Part shown: positions 1 through 9,209 of the stretch, piece after piece
Numbering within the stretch: position 1 is the first letter of the stretch
Layout: every line of letters begins with the position of its first letter
Assembly: GCA_016782125.1 (NCBI GenBank)
Contig: JADDPA010000178.1
Coordinates: 42,547 to 106,546 of the forward strand
Reading direction: 5' to 3'
Length of the DNA: 64,000 bases
Source: Thermobaculum sp.
Lineage (GTDB): Bacteria; Chloroflexota; Chloroflexia; Thermobaculales; Thermobaculaceae
Notes under the pieces: model-generated
The model's database searches: none
The model's input: only the letters and a program-made list of their open reading frames with translations
Told to the model about the DNA's origin: nothing
Position numbers and translations under genes: made by a program

Positions 1-1265
1 CCTTTCGCACCCGGCGGGTCATCCACGAGCGCGGTCAATAGCAGGTCTACGAGATCCGGCATGGCGCGAATCGACCCAGCAGGGTATCCGGGTGCGTCGG
101 CGAGAAGCTGCCGCAGGCGCGGGAGGTGACTCAGCGCCTCGCCAATCGCACGAAGCTCGCGGGGGGTGATGCTCCCGTGAACGGCGCGGTTGACGAGGCG
201 TTCCAGGTCAGCGACCTGTGAAAGCGCTTCCCGAAGCGCCGCCCGCAGGGACGCACGAGCCACGAACAGTTCCACGCGGTCCAGCCGTTCCTCAAGCTTC
301 TCGCGGTCCAGGAGTGGCTGGTTGATCCAGGTCCGCAAGGTGCGACCGCCCATGGCCGTTGCCGTGTGGTCCAGCACCCAGAGCAGTGACAGAGCGCGCT
401 CGCCACGGGATCCTTCCGTTAGCTCCAGGTTTGCGCGCGTCCGCTCATCGAGCAGCATGTAGTCCGCAAGACCATACGTGCGAACGGTGGTCAGGATTGC
501 GAGGCTCTCGCGGTTCGTAGTCTCGATGTACTGAAGTAGTCCGCCGACTGCCCGAGTGGCGAGCGGGGACGACTCCAGACCGAATCCCTCCAGAGTCGCA
601 GCGCCCGTGTGCTCGAGCACCACCTCCACCGCTTGGTCTGCTTTCCAGCGCCAGCCGTCCGTGGTGGAGATGTGCGCCTCGACGGGCTCCGGCTCGTGCA
701 GCAGCCTCCATTCGGGTGATGGCTCCGCGCTCGAGATGCCTTCGCTGACCACAATCTCCGCAGGGGCAAGCCGCCGGAGTTCTTCTCGCGCACGGGCAGA
801 GAAACCGGCTCCCCGAATCTGCGTGGCAGCGAGCTCGCCGGTGGTGATGTCCGCGTAAGCCACGCCCGCCCCGGATGGCCCAAGCGCCAGTGCCGCAACG
901 TAGTTGTTGCGCTTAGCGTCGAGCATCGCTGGCTCGTCGACCGTGCCAGGCGTCAGGACGCGTTGCACCTTTCGCTCGACAACGTCCTTACCCGTCGGCT
1001 CACCAACCTGCTCGCACACCGCGACTTTGTGGCCGGCGGCGACGAGCCGCGCCAAATAGCTGTCTGCGGAGTGGTGCGGCACTCCGGCCATGGGGATCTT
1101 CACGCCCCGGATCTCACGGCTTGTCAGCACGATATCCAGCTCGGAGGCGATAATGCGGGCGTCATCATCGAACGTCTCGTAGAAATCGCCCATGCGGAAA
1201 AAGAGTATCGTGCCGGGATACTGGCGCTTGATCTGCTGGTACTGCTGCCGTACAGGGGTGCTCAT
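1..1265 (-). CDS. mutS: DNA mismatch repair protein MutS, N-terminal ~421 codons (rest of the gene lies beyond the window start)
   Basis: Absent from the ORF track because it is open at the window edge. My reverse-strand translation from ATG 1265 reads MSTPVRQQYQQIKRQYPGTILFFRMGDFYETFDDDARIIASELDIVLTSREI...GVPHHSADSYLARLVAAGHKVAVCEQ, the classical MutS domain I. The frame stays open to base 1 (...PDLVDLLLTALVDDPPGAK). Confidence 0.9.
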   Translation of the reverse strand, partial: MSTPVRQQYQQIKRQYPGTILFFRMGDFYETFDDDARIIASELDIVLTSREIRGVKIPMAGVPHHSADSYLARLVAAGHKVAVCEQVGEPTGKDVVERKVQRVLTPGTVDEPAMLDAKRNNYVAALALGPSGAGVAYADITTGELAATQIRGAGFSARAREELRRLAPAEIVVSEGISSAEPSPEWRLLHEPEPVEAHISTTDGWRWKADQAVEVVLEHTGAATLEGFGLESSPLATRAVGGLLQYIETTNRESLAILTTVRTYGLADYMLLDERTRANLELTEGSRGERALSLLWVLDHTATAMGGRTLRTWINQPLLDREKLEERLDRVELFVARASLRAALREALSQVADLERLVNRAVHGSITPRELRAIGEALSHLPRLRQLLADAPGYPAGSIRAMPDLVDLLLTALVDDPPGAK

Positions 1266-1318
1266 AGGTGGTCTGACTGTATCACGGACGGCGTGCCAGA
1301 GGGAACCACCGCGCGATG

Positions 1319-1597
1319 TTAGCGCGAGATCGTGGCGCTGAGGCCGTATCCCTCCAAGCGGTCACGATACAGTTCGGCAACTTCCTTAGCGCCGGTCCAG
1401 GCAATGGTCTTGCCGTTGGTGTGCACATCGAGCATGATCGAGGCGGCAGCTTCTGTATCGACCGGTATTGTGCGAACGAGCGCGAGCACGACGTAATCCA
1501 TACTATGGTGGTCGTCGTTCCAGAGAATCACGTTCCAACCGGTCAGGGTCGTGCTCTCGGTGGCCTCCAGGCGCTCCAGTAGCTGTTCCATTGTCAT
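1319..1597 (-). CDS. clpS: ATP-dependent Clp protease adaptor ClpS
   Basis: ORF 1319..1657. ClpS core WNVILWNDDHHSMDYVVLALVRTIP...AASIMLDVHTNGK. Start moved to ATG 1597 (MTMEQLL), with GGAG about 11 nt upstream. Confidence 0.85.
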   Translation of the reverse strand: MTMEQLLERLEATESTTLTGWNVILWNDDHHSMDYVVLALVRTIPVDTEAAASIMLDVHTNGKTIAWTGAKEVAELYRDRLEGYGLSATISR

Positions 1598-1757
1598 AAA
1601 GATCGCGACTCCGTGTTTGCTCCACTCCTCCAAATAATGCCCGCCTTGCCCGTGCAAGCAAGCGATAACGATGCAGCCCGCATTGTAGCACGCACTGGTT
1701 TCAGTGTCAGCCCTTGCGGGTCGAATTGGGCTTGGGTAAGCTTGCGGGCTGGGAAAG

Positions 1758-2513
1758 GTGGATGCCGTGTACTCAGAACCTGTGACGGAACTCTATGACC
1801 TCGAACATAGGGGTTTCCTGCACGACCTGCACCTCTACCGTTCGTACGCGATACTGTCCGGCGGTCCGTTGCTGGACCTGGGATGTGGAACAGGTAGACT
1901 GATGCTCCCGCTGGCGACTGCGGGCTATGAAGTTGTTGGGGTAGACTCATCACCCGCGATGCTCGCCCGTGCGCGACAAGCGCTCGAGGCGGCCAATGTG
2001 CGCTCGTTCTCGCTGATCAATGCACCATTGTCAGCGTTATCTGCACTGTCCGATGAACACTTTGGGATGGCGTACTGCGCACTAAACACGTGGGCCCATC
2101 TTACTGACGCCACCGAAGCGCTCGCAACGCTCAACGCAGTTCACCGTGCCGTCCGCCCCGCTGGCTTGCTGATCATCGACCTCGAAGATCCGGAGCGCCG
2201 GTCACCCGGCAGGGGAGAGCTTCTGCTGGGGGGGGTGTTCAGTGACGGGGAGGAGACCGTCACTAAGCTGGTGTCGAGCAGTTCAGATCCGGCATCTGGT
2301 GTCGAGCACGTTACGATCTTCTGGGACAGACTGCGTGCCGGGACGGTCCATCGGACCATGGTCCAGACAGAGATGCGGTACTGGTCACGGGGTGAGATGG
2401 AGCAGTTGCTGCAGCGCACCGGTTTCGCGGTGCGCGAATCTCTGGGCTCGTGGGAGTTGGAAGAGTACGCGGGTCGAGGTGACCGTCTGATTCTCATCGC
2501 GACCCGCGTCTGA
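1758..2513 (+). CDS. Class I SAM-dependent methyltransferase
   Basis: 251-aa ORF with motif I LLDLGCGTGRLMLPLA and a typical post-I acidic residue (VVGVDSS). Confidence 0.8.
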   Translation: MDAVYSEPVTELYDLEHRGFLHDLHLYRSYAILSGGPLLDLGCGTGRLMLPLATAGYEVVGVDSSPAMLARARQALEAANVRSFSLINAPLSALSALSDEHFGMAYCALNTWAHLTDATEALATLNAVHRAVRPAGLLIIDLEDPERRSPGRGELLLGGVFSDGEETVTKLVSSSSDPASGVEHVTIFWDRLRAGTVHRTMVQTEMRYWSRGEMEQLLQRTGFAVRESLGSWELEEYAGRGDRLILIATRV

Positions 2514-2525
2514 GGCCGAACGAGG

Positions 2526-2834
2526 TTAGGCAGGCTCCGCGTCTTCGAGTTGCATCGGACCACGTGGCGCGGTTTCGAGGAACGACTGTACCTCGTTCTC
2601 GTCGTAACCGGCAGCCACCAGAATCATCTCCGCAGCAAGTCGAAGCACATCGCCACCCGAGAAATCATCTGTATCGCCGGGATCGAACTCCATGCCCTCG
2701 ATCGTGTCGATGAAGCCGTCGATGCCATCCTCTTCACGGGTGAGGGTAACGATCACCTTCGCCTCGTTGGCGGCGATCTCTTCCTCGTCGTCTGCCGCTT
2801 CCATGCCATCTGCTCTGTTTTCGTCGTAGCTCAC
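2526..2834 (-). CDS. Small, very acidic hypothetical protein (~102 aa)
   Basis: ORF 2526..2882. Start moved to GTG 2834, which lies 5 nt after a GGAGGA Shine-Dalgarno. D/E-rich, no recognisable motif. Confidence 0.5.
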   Translation of the reverse strand: MSYDENRADGMEAADDEEEIAANEAKVIVTLTREEDGIDGFIDTIEGMEFDPGDTDDFSGGDVLRLAAEMILVAAGYDENEVQSFLETAPRGPMQLEDAEPA

Positions 2835-2993
2835 TAATTCCTCCTGGTGACCGCTGCAATACGCGGCAGTATACGCAACCACTCAGCCGAGGGTCAAACA
2901 CACGGTGGGGTGCACGCTGAATGTTGACGCTATAATTGGGGCGGGTGCTCGTGGTGCCCCAAGTACGCGCAATGTTACAGGAAGGATTGGTCC

Positions 2994-4307
2994 GTGATCC
3001 GAGCCCGGCGTGCCCGGCTAGTCGAGCTTGAGCTGCTCCTGATCCCATCCCTCCTCATTCTCGGTGGACTGCTCCTTGTGGTGCTCGTCGACCGGGGCAA
3101 CCTGCTGTTCTCCTGGCAGGACATCTATGTCGCCGCGGCGTTTGTCGGTGCCTTGCTGTTCGTGCACACATATCTATCCCTAACCCGATTCCGCGGGGAT
3201 CAGATGCTGTTCCCAACGGTGGCCCTGCTCACGTGTATCGGCCTGGTTATGATGCAACGCTTCAGTATCATCAACGCCGAGGACTCGGACCTCGCCGGGG
3301 TGGCGGTCAAGCAAACGATCTGGGTGTTTTTGGGGGTCGCAGTCCTGCTGGCGACCGTCGTATTCTTCGATCAAATAAACAAGTTGCGTCGCTACAAATA
3401 CACGTTTGTGGTGCTCGGTCTACTGCTTATGCTGGGTCTGCTCGTTCCCGGCCTAGGGCAGGAGATCAACGGCGCCCGGCTTTGGTACCGCCTCGGCCCT
3501 GTGCTGTTCCAGCCGTTCGAAATCGTGAAGGTTCTGCTCGTGGTGTTTCTCGCCGCGTACTTGGACGAGCGCCGCGACTTGCTTGCTTCCGAGTACCGTG
3601 TGGGACCGCTTCGCCTGCCACCTTTGCCCTACCTCGCCCCGATGGCGGCCATCTGTGTCGGCAGTTTGCTCATCCTCGTCGTGCTGAAGGATCTGGGCAG
3701 TGCGCTCCTCTTCTTCGGCGTCTTTGTCGCGCTGCTGTACACCATCACCGGTCGCGTGCTCTATGTATGGGTGCTAGGAGGCTTCTTCCTCCTGGGCGCG
3801 GTGGTTGCCTACCAGACGTTTGGCCACGTGCAAGTCCGGGTGAACACGTGGCTCGATCCCTTCTCGGACGTTGAGAACACCGGATTCCAGATCGCGCAAT
3901 CGCTGTTCGCGCTCGGCAGCGGCGGGCTGTATGGCAGTGGCCTCGGATACGGCACACCTGCGGAGATTCCGTATGTGGAGACGGACATGGTGTTCTCCGC
4001 GATCGGCGAGGAGTTTGGGTTGATCGGCTCCCTTGCCGTGCTTGGCGTGTACCTGGTGCTCGTTTATCGTGGCTTTTTCATCTCGCTCCGTGCACGCCGC
4101 GGCTTTTATCAGTTGCTCGGCATCGGGCTCACCACAATCTTCGGCCTGCAGTCTCTGATCATCATCGCCGGTGTAGTGAAGCTCATACCCCTTACCGGCT
4201 TGACGCTTCCGTTTATTTCCTATGGCGGTAGCTCGCTGTTGGCAAACTTCCTAATGACCGGGCTTTTGCTCGGGATCAGCGCAGACACGCGAGAGGGTGG
4301 TAAATGA
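2994..4307 (+). CDS. rodA: SEDS-family peptidoglycan glycosyltransferase (FtsW/RodA/SpoVE)
   Basis: 437-aa polytopic membrane ORF with SEDS C-terminal signatures (ETDMVFSAIGEEFG, LTGLTLPFISYGGSS). AGGAAGGA SD before GTG 2994. 4-nt overlap with the downstream class B PBP. The RodA versus FtsW assignment rests on context outside a dcw cluster. Confidence 0.85.
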   Translation: MIRARRARLVELELLLIPSLLILGGLLLVVLVDRGNLLFSWQDIYVAAAFVGALLFVHTYLSLTRFRGDQMLFPTVALLTCIGLVMMQRFSIINAEDSDLAGVAVKQTIWVFLGVAVLLATVVFFDQINKLRRYKYTFVVLGLLLMLGLLVPGLGQEINGARLWYRLGPVLFQPFEIVKVLLVVFLAAYLDERRDLLASEYRVGPLRLPPLPYLAPMAAICVGSLLILVVLKDLGSALLFFGVFVALLYTITGRVLYVWVLGGFFLLGAVVAYQTFGHVQVRVNTWLDPFSDVENTGFQIAQSLFALGSGGLYGSGLGYGTPAEIPYVETDMVFSAIGEEFGLIGSLAVLGVYLVLVYRGFFISLRARRGFYQLLGIGLTTIFGLQSLIIIAGVVKLIPLTGLTLPFISYGGSSLLANFLMTGLLLGISADTREGGK

Positions 4308-5917
4308 GAGCGTTTCTGCGCCTCCTGGCCTTCGCGTCCGCGGTCGCCCTGCTGGTCTATGGCGTCTTGAGTGGGACGGACACCGTATGGCTGATGACGC
4401 TGTATGCGGCGACCGTGCCGATCGGCTATATCTTCTTCTCCATGGTCCCACGCGAAACCATCGGTTGGCGGCGGAATACCTGGAAGATCGCCGCCGTGCT
4501 TGTCATCGGCTTCATCATGCTCAGTATGCAGGTACTCCGGCAGCAATTCATCGTCGCAGCGGACATCATCGACCACCCGAACAATCCGCGCAAAGTGACG
4601 CAGGAATTGCGAACGCAGCGTGGCCGAGTGTTCGACCGAAACGGCACGGAGATCGCGGGCCGGAAGATCGCCCCGAATGGCTACGTGACCCGCACCTATC
4701 CGGAGCCCGCGTCCAGCTACGTGGTGGGATACTACTCCGCAACCATCTACGGCGCGGACCGCTTGGAAGAACGGTACGACGATTATCTTTCTGGCGAGCG
4801 TGGAGATCCGCTGGAGCGAACACGGGGCAACGTGCTGCACCGTCCCTTGCGTGGTAATGATCTGTATCTGACGTTGGATGCCCGACTCCAGCGGATTGGG
4901 CAGGAGTTGCTTGGCGAGCGCAAGGGCTCCATTGTGGCGATGAACCCGCGCACCGGTGAGATCCTGGCGATGGTGAACAACCCCACGTACAACAGCGCCG
5001 ATCTTGTGTTCGATCCATCGCGTCCGAATCAGGAGGCGGCGGCGCGAGTGCGTGCGGCATACAACGCGCTGATCGAGGCAGGAGACGCCCGACTGGTGAA
5101 TCGCGCCATCCAGGGGTTGTACCAACTGGGCTCTACCTTCAAGACCGTCACCGCTGCGGGGGCACTCGATACTGGCGTGGCAACACCCGACAAGCAGTAC
5201 CAGGACACCGGCGTGCTTTCTGTCGGCGGGTTCGTCATTCGCGACCCGAACCGGCCAGACGAGAACAAGGTGCAGTGGACCTTCTCCGAGGGCTATATGT
5301 ATTCCTTGAACGCCGTGTTCGCACAGGTTGGACTCAACGTGAAGAGCGCGGGAATGCGAGAGTATGCACGCCGCTTTTACTTCGAGCGCGAGATTCCCTT
5401 TGACCTCCCAGTGACGCCGAGCCAGGTACAGAGGGAGCCCGATTTCCTGACGGATCAGTTAGGCCTCGCGTCAACGGCGATTGGTCAGGGGCAACTGCTG
5501 GCGACTCCGCTGCAGGTTGTGATGACGAGCGCGGCGATCGCGAACGGGGGCGTGATGCCCCGTCCATACCTCGTCGCGAATATCAAGACGCCAGGTGGGC
5601 GCACGGTGGAAAGCCAACAGCCCGAGCAACTAGAAGCTGTGGTTAAACCCGAAGTTGCGGCGCAAATGACGGAGATCATGCAGAAAACTGTGAACGACGG
5701 CACGGGCAGACAGGCGCAGATTCCAGGTGTGCCCGTAGCTGGCAAGACCGGCACGGCACAGCTCGGGGAGAATCAGGACCCGCACGCGTGGTTTACCGGC
5801 TTTGCGCCGGCTGATGACCCGAAGATCGCCGTCGCCGTGCTCGTGGAGAACGGCGGTCAGGGCTCCGAGGTCGCAGCACCGATCGCCCGTGAGGTGATCG
5901 AGGCGCATCTGCGGTGA
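4304..5917 (+). CDS. Class B penicillin-binding protein (PBP2/PbpA-like D,D-transpeptidase)
   Basis: 537-aa ORF with an N-terminal TM segment and motifs STFK (LGSTFKTV), SLN and KTGTA. ATGA overlap with the SEDS gene. Confidence 0.9.
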   Translation: MRAFLRLLAFASAVALLVYGVLSGTDTVWLMTLYAATVPIGYIFFSMVPRETIGWRRNTWKIAAVLVIGFIMLSMQVLRQQFIVAADIIDHPNNPRKVTQELRTQRGRVFDRNGTEIAGRKIAPNGYVTRTYPEPASSYVVGYYSATIYGADRLEERYDDYLSGERGDPLERTRGNVLHRPLRGNDLYLTLDARLQRIGQELLGERKGSIVAMNPRTGEILAMVNNPTYNSADLVFDPSRPNQEAAARVRAAYNALIEAGDARLVNRAIQGLYQLGSTFKTVTAAGALDTGVATPDKQYQDTGVLSVGGFVIRDPNRPDENKVQWTFSEGYMYSLNAVFAQVGLNVKSAGMREYARRFYFEREIPFDLPVTPSQVQREPDFLTDQLGLASTAIGQGQLLATPLQVVMTSAAIANGGVMPRPYLVANIKTPGGRTVESQQPEQLEAVVKPEVAAQMTEIMQKTVNDGTGRQAQIPGVPVAGKTGTAQLGENQDPHAWFTGFAPADDPKIAVAVLVENGGQGSEVAAPIAREVIEAHLR

Positions 5918-7062
5918 AGGAGGCACTCAACCCCGCGATGGCGCGCAGTGTCTCCTCCTTGCCGGAGCAGGTCACTGCGCTGTCCGTAGCGGACCGAGAT
6001 CGTTTCGAGCGACTGTTTTCGCTGACTCGCAGCGTCGGTCATACCGTGCCGCCCGCGGAGATGGCGGCGTGGATCGAACGGGCGTTCGGCGCTGTCGATG
6101 CGGTCAAACACCAGACCATCATCAAGATCCACAACCGCTGGACGCTGGAAGGTACCCTCTACAACGACCTGCGAGCCCGGCGCCCCATACAGGGTCGCTT
6201 GGCGGACGCGAGACCGGACCTCGGCGGCGATGGGACGGATCCGTTTTGCGCCCCCTTGACCGGCACCCCGGCGGATACCTTTGGCCGCATTACGGGCCAG
6301 CACTCCGTCACCGCGAGCAACGTCGCCAAGTACGACGGCCTGCACTCCGTGGTGATTCTGAATGAGCATAACCCGCTGCGTTGGAACGAGGAAAGCGTCG
6401 TGGACGCGCTGACAACTGCAGAGCGTTGGTTGCGCCGTGCGCATCAGGCGCAGCCCTCGGCCGTCTATCCCTTCGTCATGTGGAACTGCCTGCCCCGGAG
6501 CGGCGCCTCCATCCTGCACGCGCACATGCAGACCGCGCTCAGCGAGGAGTACGCATACGCGCGGATTGAGTCGTGGCGCAGGGCGGCGCAAGCCTACCGT
6601 GAGCAGCACTCAGCACCGTACTTGGCGGATTTCTTTGACGCACATTCTGCCTTGGACTTGACGGGAGAGTTCGGGAAAGTGCGGTGGCTCGCACATCTGA
6701 CGCCGATCCGCGAGAAAGAGGTGTTGCTCGTCGCCGACCGGCTGGACACGGAACTGTTTCGGGCGATACACCGCGTGCTGCGATCATGGGTGGATGGCTT
6801 GGGTGTGCAGGCGTTCAATCTGGCAGTTTATCTCCCACCGATGGCTCCGGTAGCAGAGGACTGGTCAGCGTTTCCGGTGGTGGTCCGCTTCGTGGATCGC
6901 GGCGATCCCGCGAGCGCGACGAGCGACGTCGGTGCGATGGAACTTTTCGCGCAACCGGTGGTGTCATCCGATCCGTGGAGGGTTGCCTCGGTCCTGCGGA
7001 CGAAGCTCCAGTCTGGCGCGGACGGGGGCGAAACATCAGAGACGCTAGGCGACCGAGGATAG
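5914..7062 (+). CDS. GalT/Apa-branch HIT-superfamily nucleotidyltransferase/phosphorylase-like protein
   Basis: 382-aa ORF. HxHxQ motif (ILHAHMQT) and an upstream DPFCAP element resemble galactose-1-phosphate uridylyltransferase-like enzymes. GTGA overlap with the PBP stop. Exact activity unknown. Confidence 0.6.
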   Translation: MKEALNPAMARSVSSLPEQVTALSVADRDRFERLFSLTRSVGHTVPPAEMAAWIERAFGAVDAVKHQTIIKIHNRWTLEGTLYNDLRARRPIQGRLADARPDLGGDGTDPFCAPLTGTPADTFGRITGQHSVTASNVAKYDGLHSVVILNEHNPLRWNEESVVDALTTAERWLRRAHQAQPSAVYPFVMWNCLPRSGASILHAHMQTALSEEYAYARIESWRRAAQAYREQHSAPYLADFFDAHSALDLTGEFGKVRWLAHLTPIREKEVLLVADRLDTELFRAIHRVLRSWVDGLGVQAFNLAVYLPPMAPVAEDWSAFPVVVRFVDRGDPASATSDVGAMELFAQPVVSSDPWRVASVLRTKLQSGADGGETSETLGDRG

Positions 7063-7139
7063 CGTATTTCCCCGCCTGCGGCGGCTGGGTGCGGGACTGA
7101 AGTGCCGTTCAGCTTATAACAGCAAACAGAAGGGACACA

Positions 7140-7979
7140 GTGATGCCAAGCACCGAGAAGAAGCGGGTTCTGGCGACCGGTGCAACAGGCTATATAGCTC
7201 AGCAGCTCTTGCCCGTGTTGCGCGAGCGGTACGAGCTTCGTTTGGTGGATATAAAATCCGCGGACCGTGCCGGGCATCCGGTCGCAGGGGTGGAGTCTTT
7301 GGACTTGCTTTCTGCGGACACCTTGACCCTTCAGCGCTTATTTCGGGGCGTGGACACGGTTGTCCACTGTGGCTATCACCGCCCGACTGGTGACGACCCG
7401 CAGTCACAGTATGATGACGAGAAGCTGAACGTGGATATGATGCAGCGGGTGTACCAGCACGCACTGGATGCTGGCGTGCGCCGAGTCGTGGCGGCGAGCA
7501 CGAACCAGGCGGCCAAGTGGTACGAGCAGCCGTATTACCAGGGGCTGAAGGACCGTGTGCTACCCGAGGACTACCCGCGAGCAGATAACTTCTACGGGTG
7601 GGCGAAGGCGTCATACGAGGCGCTCGGGTTTCTTTATGCGTGCGGATCTTTGGGCAGCAAGCTCGAGGTCGTACAGATCCGCATCGTCGTGCCGCGCGAC
7701 GTGGATGCGGCCAGGTTCGAGGATCTTCCTCGTGAGCGATATGTGCGGGACCTCGCGGGGTACATCAGTGAGCGCGATCTCCAGCAATTGTTCACGAAGA
7801 GCATTGAGACCGAGGTCATCGACGATGAGTTCGGCATACCGTTCCAGATTTTCTACGGCGTCTCTAACAACGCGCGCAAGTTTTGGAGCATCACGAACGC
7901 GCGCAAAGTGATCGGCTATGCCCCGGAGGACGACTCCGAGGTGCGCTTCGCGGACGGTGTCGACCGGCTCCTTCGGTAG
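7140..7979 (+). CDS. NAD(P)-dependent epimerase/dehydratase family protein
   Basis: 279-aa ORF. Rossmann motif VLATGATGYIAQQL and a YxxxK-like YGWAK. Confidence 0.8.
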   Translation: MMPSTEKKRVLATGATGYIAQQLLPVLRERYELRLVDIKSADRAGHPVAGVESLDLLSADTLTLQRLFRGVDTVVHCGYHRPTGDDPQSQYDDEKLNVDMMQRVYQHALDAGVRRVVAASTNQAAKWYEQPYYQGLKDRVLPEDYPRADNFYGWAKASYEALGFLYACGSLGSKLEVVQIRIVVPRDVDAARFEDLPRERYVRDLAGYISERDLQQLFTKSIETEVIDDEFGIPFQIFYGVSNNARKFWSITNARKVIGYAPEDDSEVRFADGVDRLLR

Positions 7980-7995
7980 AGGAAGGGGAGCGGAC

Positions 7996-8454
7996 GTGAG
8001 CAGCATTCAGAGAAACGGCTATGCGGCTGCGCTCATCGGCGTATGGTGTGGTGCCATTCCGGTGGCGTCAGTCTCTGCGCTTCTCAGTTGGTGGCTGTTC
8101 ACTCGTGAGTGGGTGGAACCGGGTCAGGTGCGCGGTATGGGAGCTGTTTTTCTCGCCGCCGTTATTGGCACCATGATGCTTACTGCCGTCCTTGGTGGCT
8201 ACTGGGGAAGTTGCATGAGTGCTGTTCTGGGGTGCTGGTTGGCTCTCGAACTGCGCGGGCATCGCTTGGCTGGCTATACGGCTGGCATGCTGTTCGCCCT
8301 CTTGACGGTTGCCTCGCTGATTTTTGTCATTGTGTGGAGTGAGACGGAGTCGATGAGGTCGGTGCCCTTTGTTCTGGGTGTCTTCGCCTTCAATCTCTTT
8401 GTTGCACCAGTGGTCGCACGGGGAATTGCGCTGCTGGTGGATGCCGCCGACTGA
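7996..8454 (+). CDS. Hypothetical integral membrane protein (4-5 TM)
   Basis: ORF 7918..8454. Start moved to GTG 7996 after GGAAGGGGAG. Hydrophobic segments throughout. Confidence 0.6.
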   Translation: MSSIQRNGYAAALIGVWCGAIPVASVSALLSWWLFTREWVEPGQVRGMGAVFLAAVIGTMMLTAVLGGYWGSCMSAVLGCWLALELRGHRLAGYTAGMLFALLTVASLIFVIVWSETESMRSVPFVLGVFAFNLFVAPVVARGIALLVDAAD

Positions 8455-8507
8455 GACACAAGCGGATCGTTGCCGTCACCGACGCTCGCTTTGTATTGGA
8501 CGTAGAC

Positions 8508-8536
8508 TTGTTACCGGTCCAATCCGCCCCTATAAT
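8508..8536 (+). promoter_or_regulatory. Sigma-70-type promoter of the pyr operon (TTGTTA-17 nt-TATAAT)
   Basis: -35 TTGTTA at 8508-8513, 17-nt spacer, -10 TATAAT at 8531-8536, upstream of the PyrR leader. Confidence 0.55.
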
Positions 8537-8543
8537 TCAGGCA

Positions 8544-8580
8544 GGCCTTTAAAGACAGTCCTGTGAGGCTGGCAAGGCGA
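8544..8580 (+). promoter_or_regulatory. PyrR-binding loop (anti-antiterminator) of the pyr leader RNA
   Basis: AGTCCTGTGAGGCTGG (8557-8572) matches the PyrR binding-loop consensus (A-R-U-C-C-A-G-A-G-A-G-G-C-U) and is closed by GGCCTT/AAGGC. Confidence 0.7.
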
Positions 8581-8607
8581 GTCCGTACCGTTCCGCGCGT
8601 ACGTTCA

Positions 8608-8643
8608 CTCCTGCCTACCTTCTGGACGGCAGGAGTTTTCTTT
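8608..8643 (+). terminator. pyr leader attenuator terminator that also occludes the pyrR SD
   Basis: CTCCTGCC (8608-8615) pairs with GGCAGGAG (8628-8635), followed by TTTTCTTT. The GGAG inside the 3' arm sits 6 nt before the TTG start at 8642. Confidence 0.7.
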
Positions 8644-9205
8644 GTCCCTGACGACCCGAACTGGCAGTTCCGCGGTACTCCTCGATAGCACCGCCATCTC
8701 GCGCGCGCTCACGCGCATCGCTCACGAGATACGGGAGCAGAACCCGAACCTCGGCTCAGTAGCGCTGGTCGGCGTCCGCACTCGAGGTCTGCCCATTGCC
8801 GAGCGGATCGCCACTGTATTGCACCGCTCCACCGGCACCGATGTGCCCGTGGGAGCGATCGATGTTACCCGCTATCGCGACGACGTCTCGAAGGACGAGG
8901 CGACCCACCTAGTTGACACGTCTCAAATCGGATTCGCCGTGGCTGGCAAGACCGTTATCCTCATCGATGACGTCCTCTGCACGGGCCGCACCGCACGGGC
9001 AGCGCTTGACGCGCTCGTAGACCGGGGCAGGCCAAGCCGGGTGCAGCTCGCGGTCCTCGTCGACCGCGGCCATCGGGAACTTCCGATACGGCCGGATTAC
9101 GTCGGGCGGAACCAGCCGACCGAGCGGGCTCAGGAGGTGCGCGTGCAGCTACGAGAAACCGATGGCACGGACAGGGTCCTGTTACTGAGTGGTGAGGAGA
9201 CCTAG
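8642..9205 (+). CDS. pyrR: Bifunctional pyr operon regulator / uracil phosphoribosyltransferase PyrR
   Basis: 187-aa ORF with the PRPP-binding motif VILIDDVLCTGRTARAA. TTG start. Cognate leader upstream. Confidence 0.92.
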   Translation: MSLTTRTGSSAVLLDSTAISRALTRIAHEIREQNPNLGSVALVGVRTRGLPIAERIATVLHRSTGTDVPVGAIDVTRYRDDVSKDEATHLVDTSQIGFAVAGKTVILIDDVLCTGRTARAALDALVDRGRPSRVQLAVLVDRGHRELPIRPDYVGRNQPTERAQEVRVQLRETDGTDRVLLLSGEET

Positions 9206-9209
9206 AGCA

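Noticed and set aside
2924-2936. TTGACG immediately followed (1 nt) by TATAAT upstream of the SEDS gene, read as a -35/-10 pair.
   Set aside because: The spacing is incompatible with a sigma-70 promoter. TATAAT (2931-2936) may still be a -10 box, but no acceptable -35 lies 16-18 nt upstream, so I did not call a promoter.
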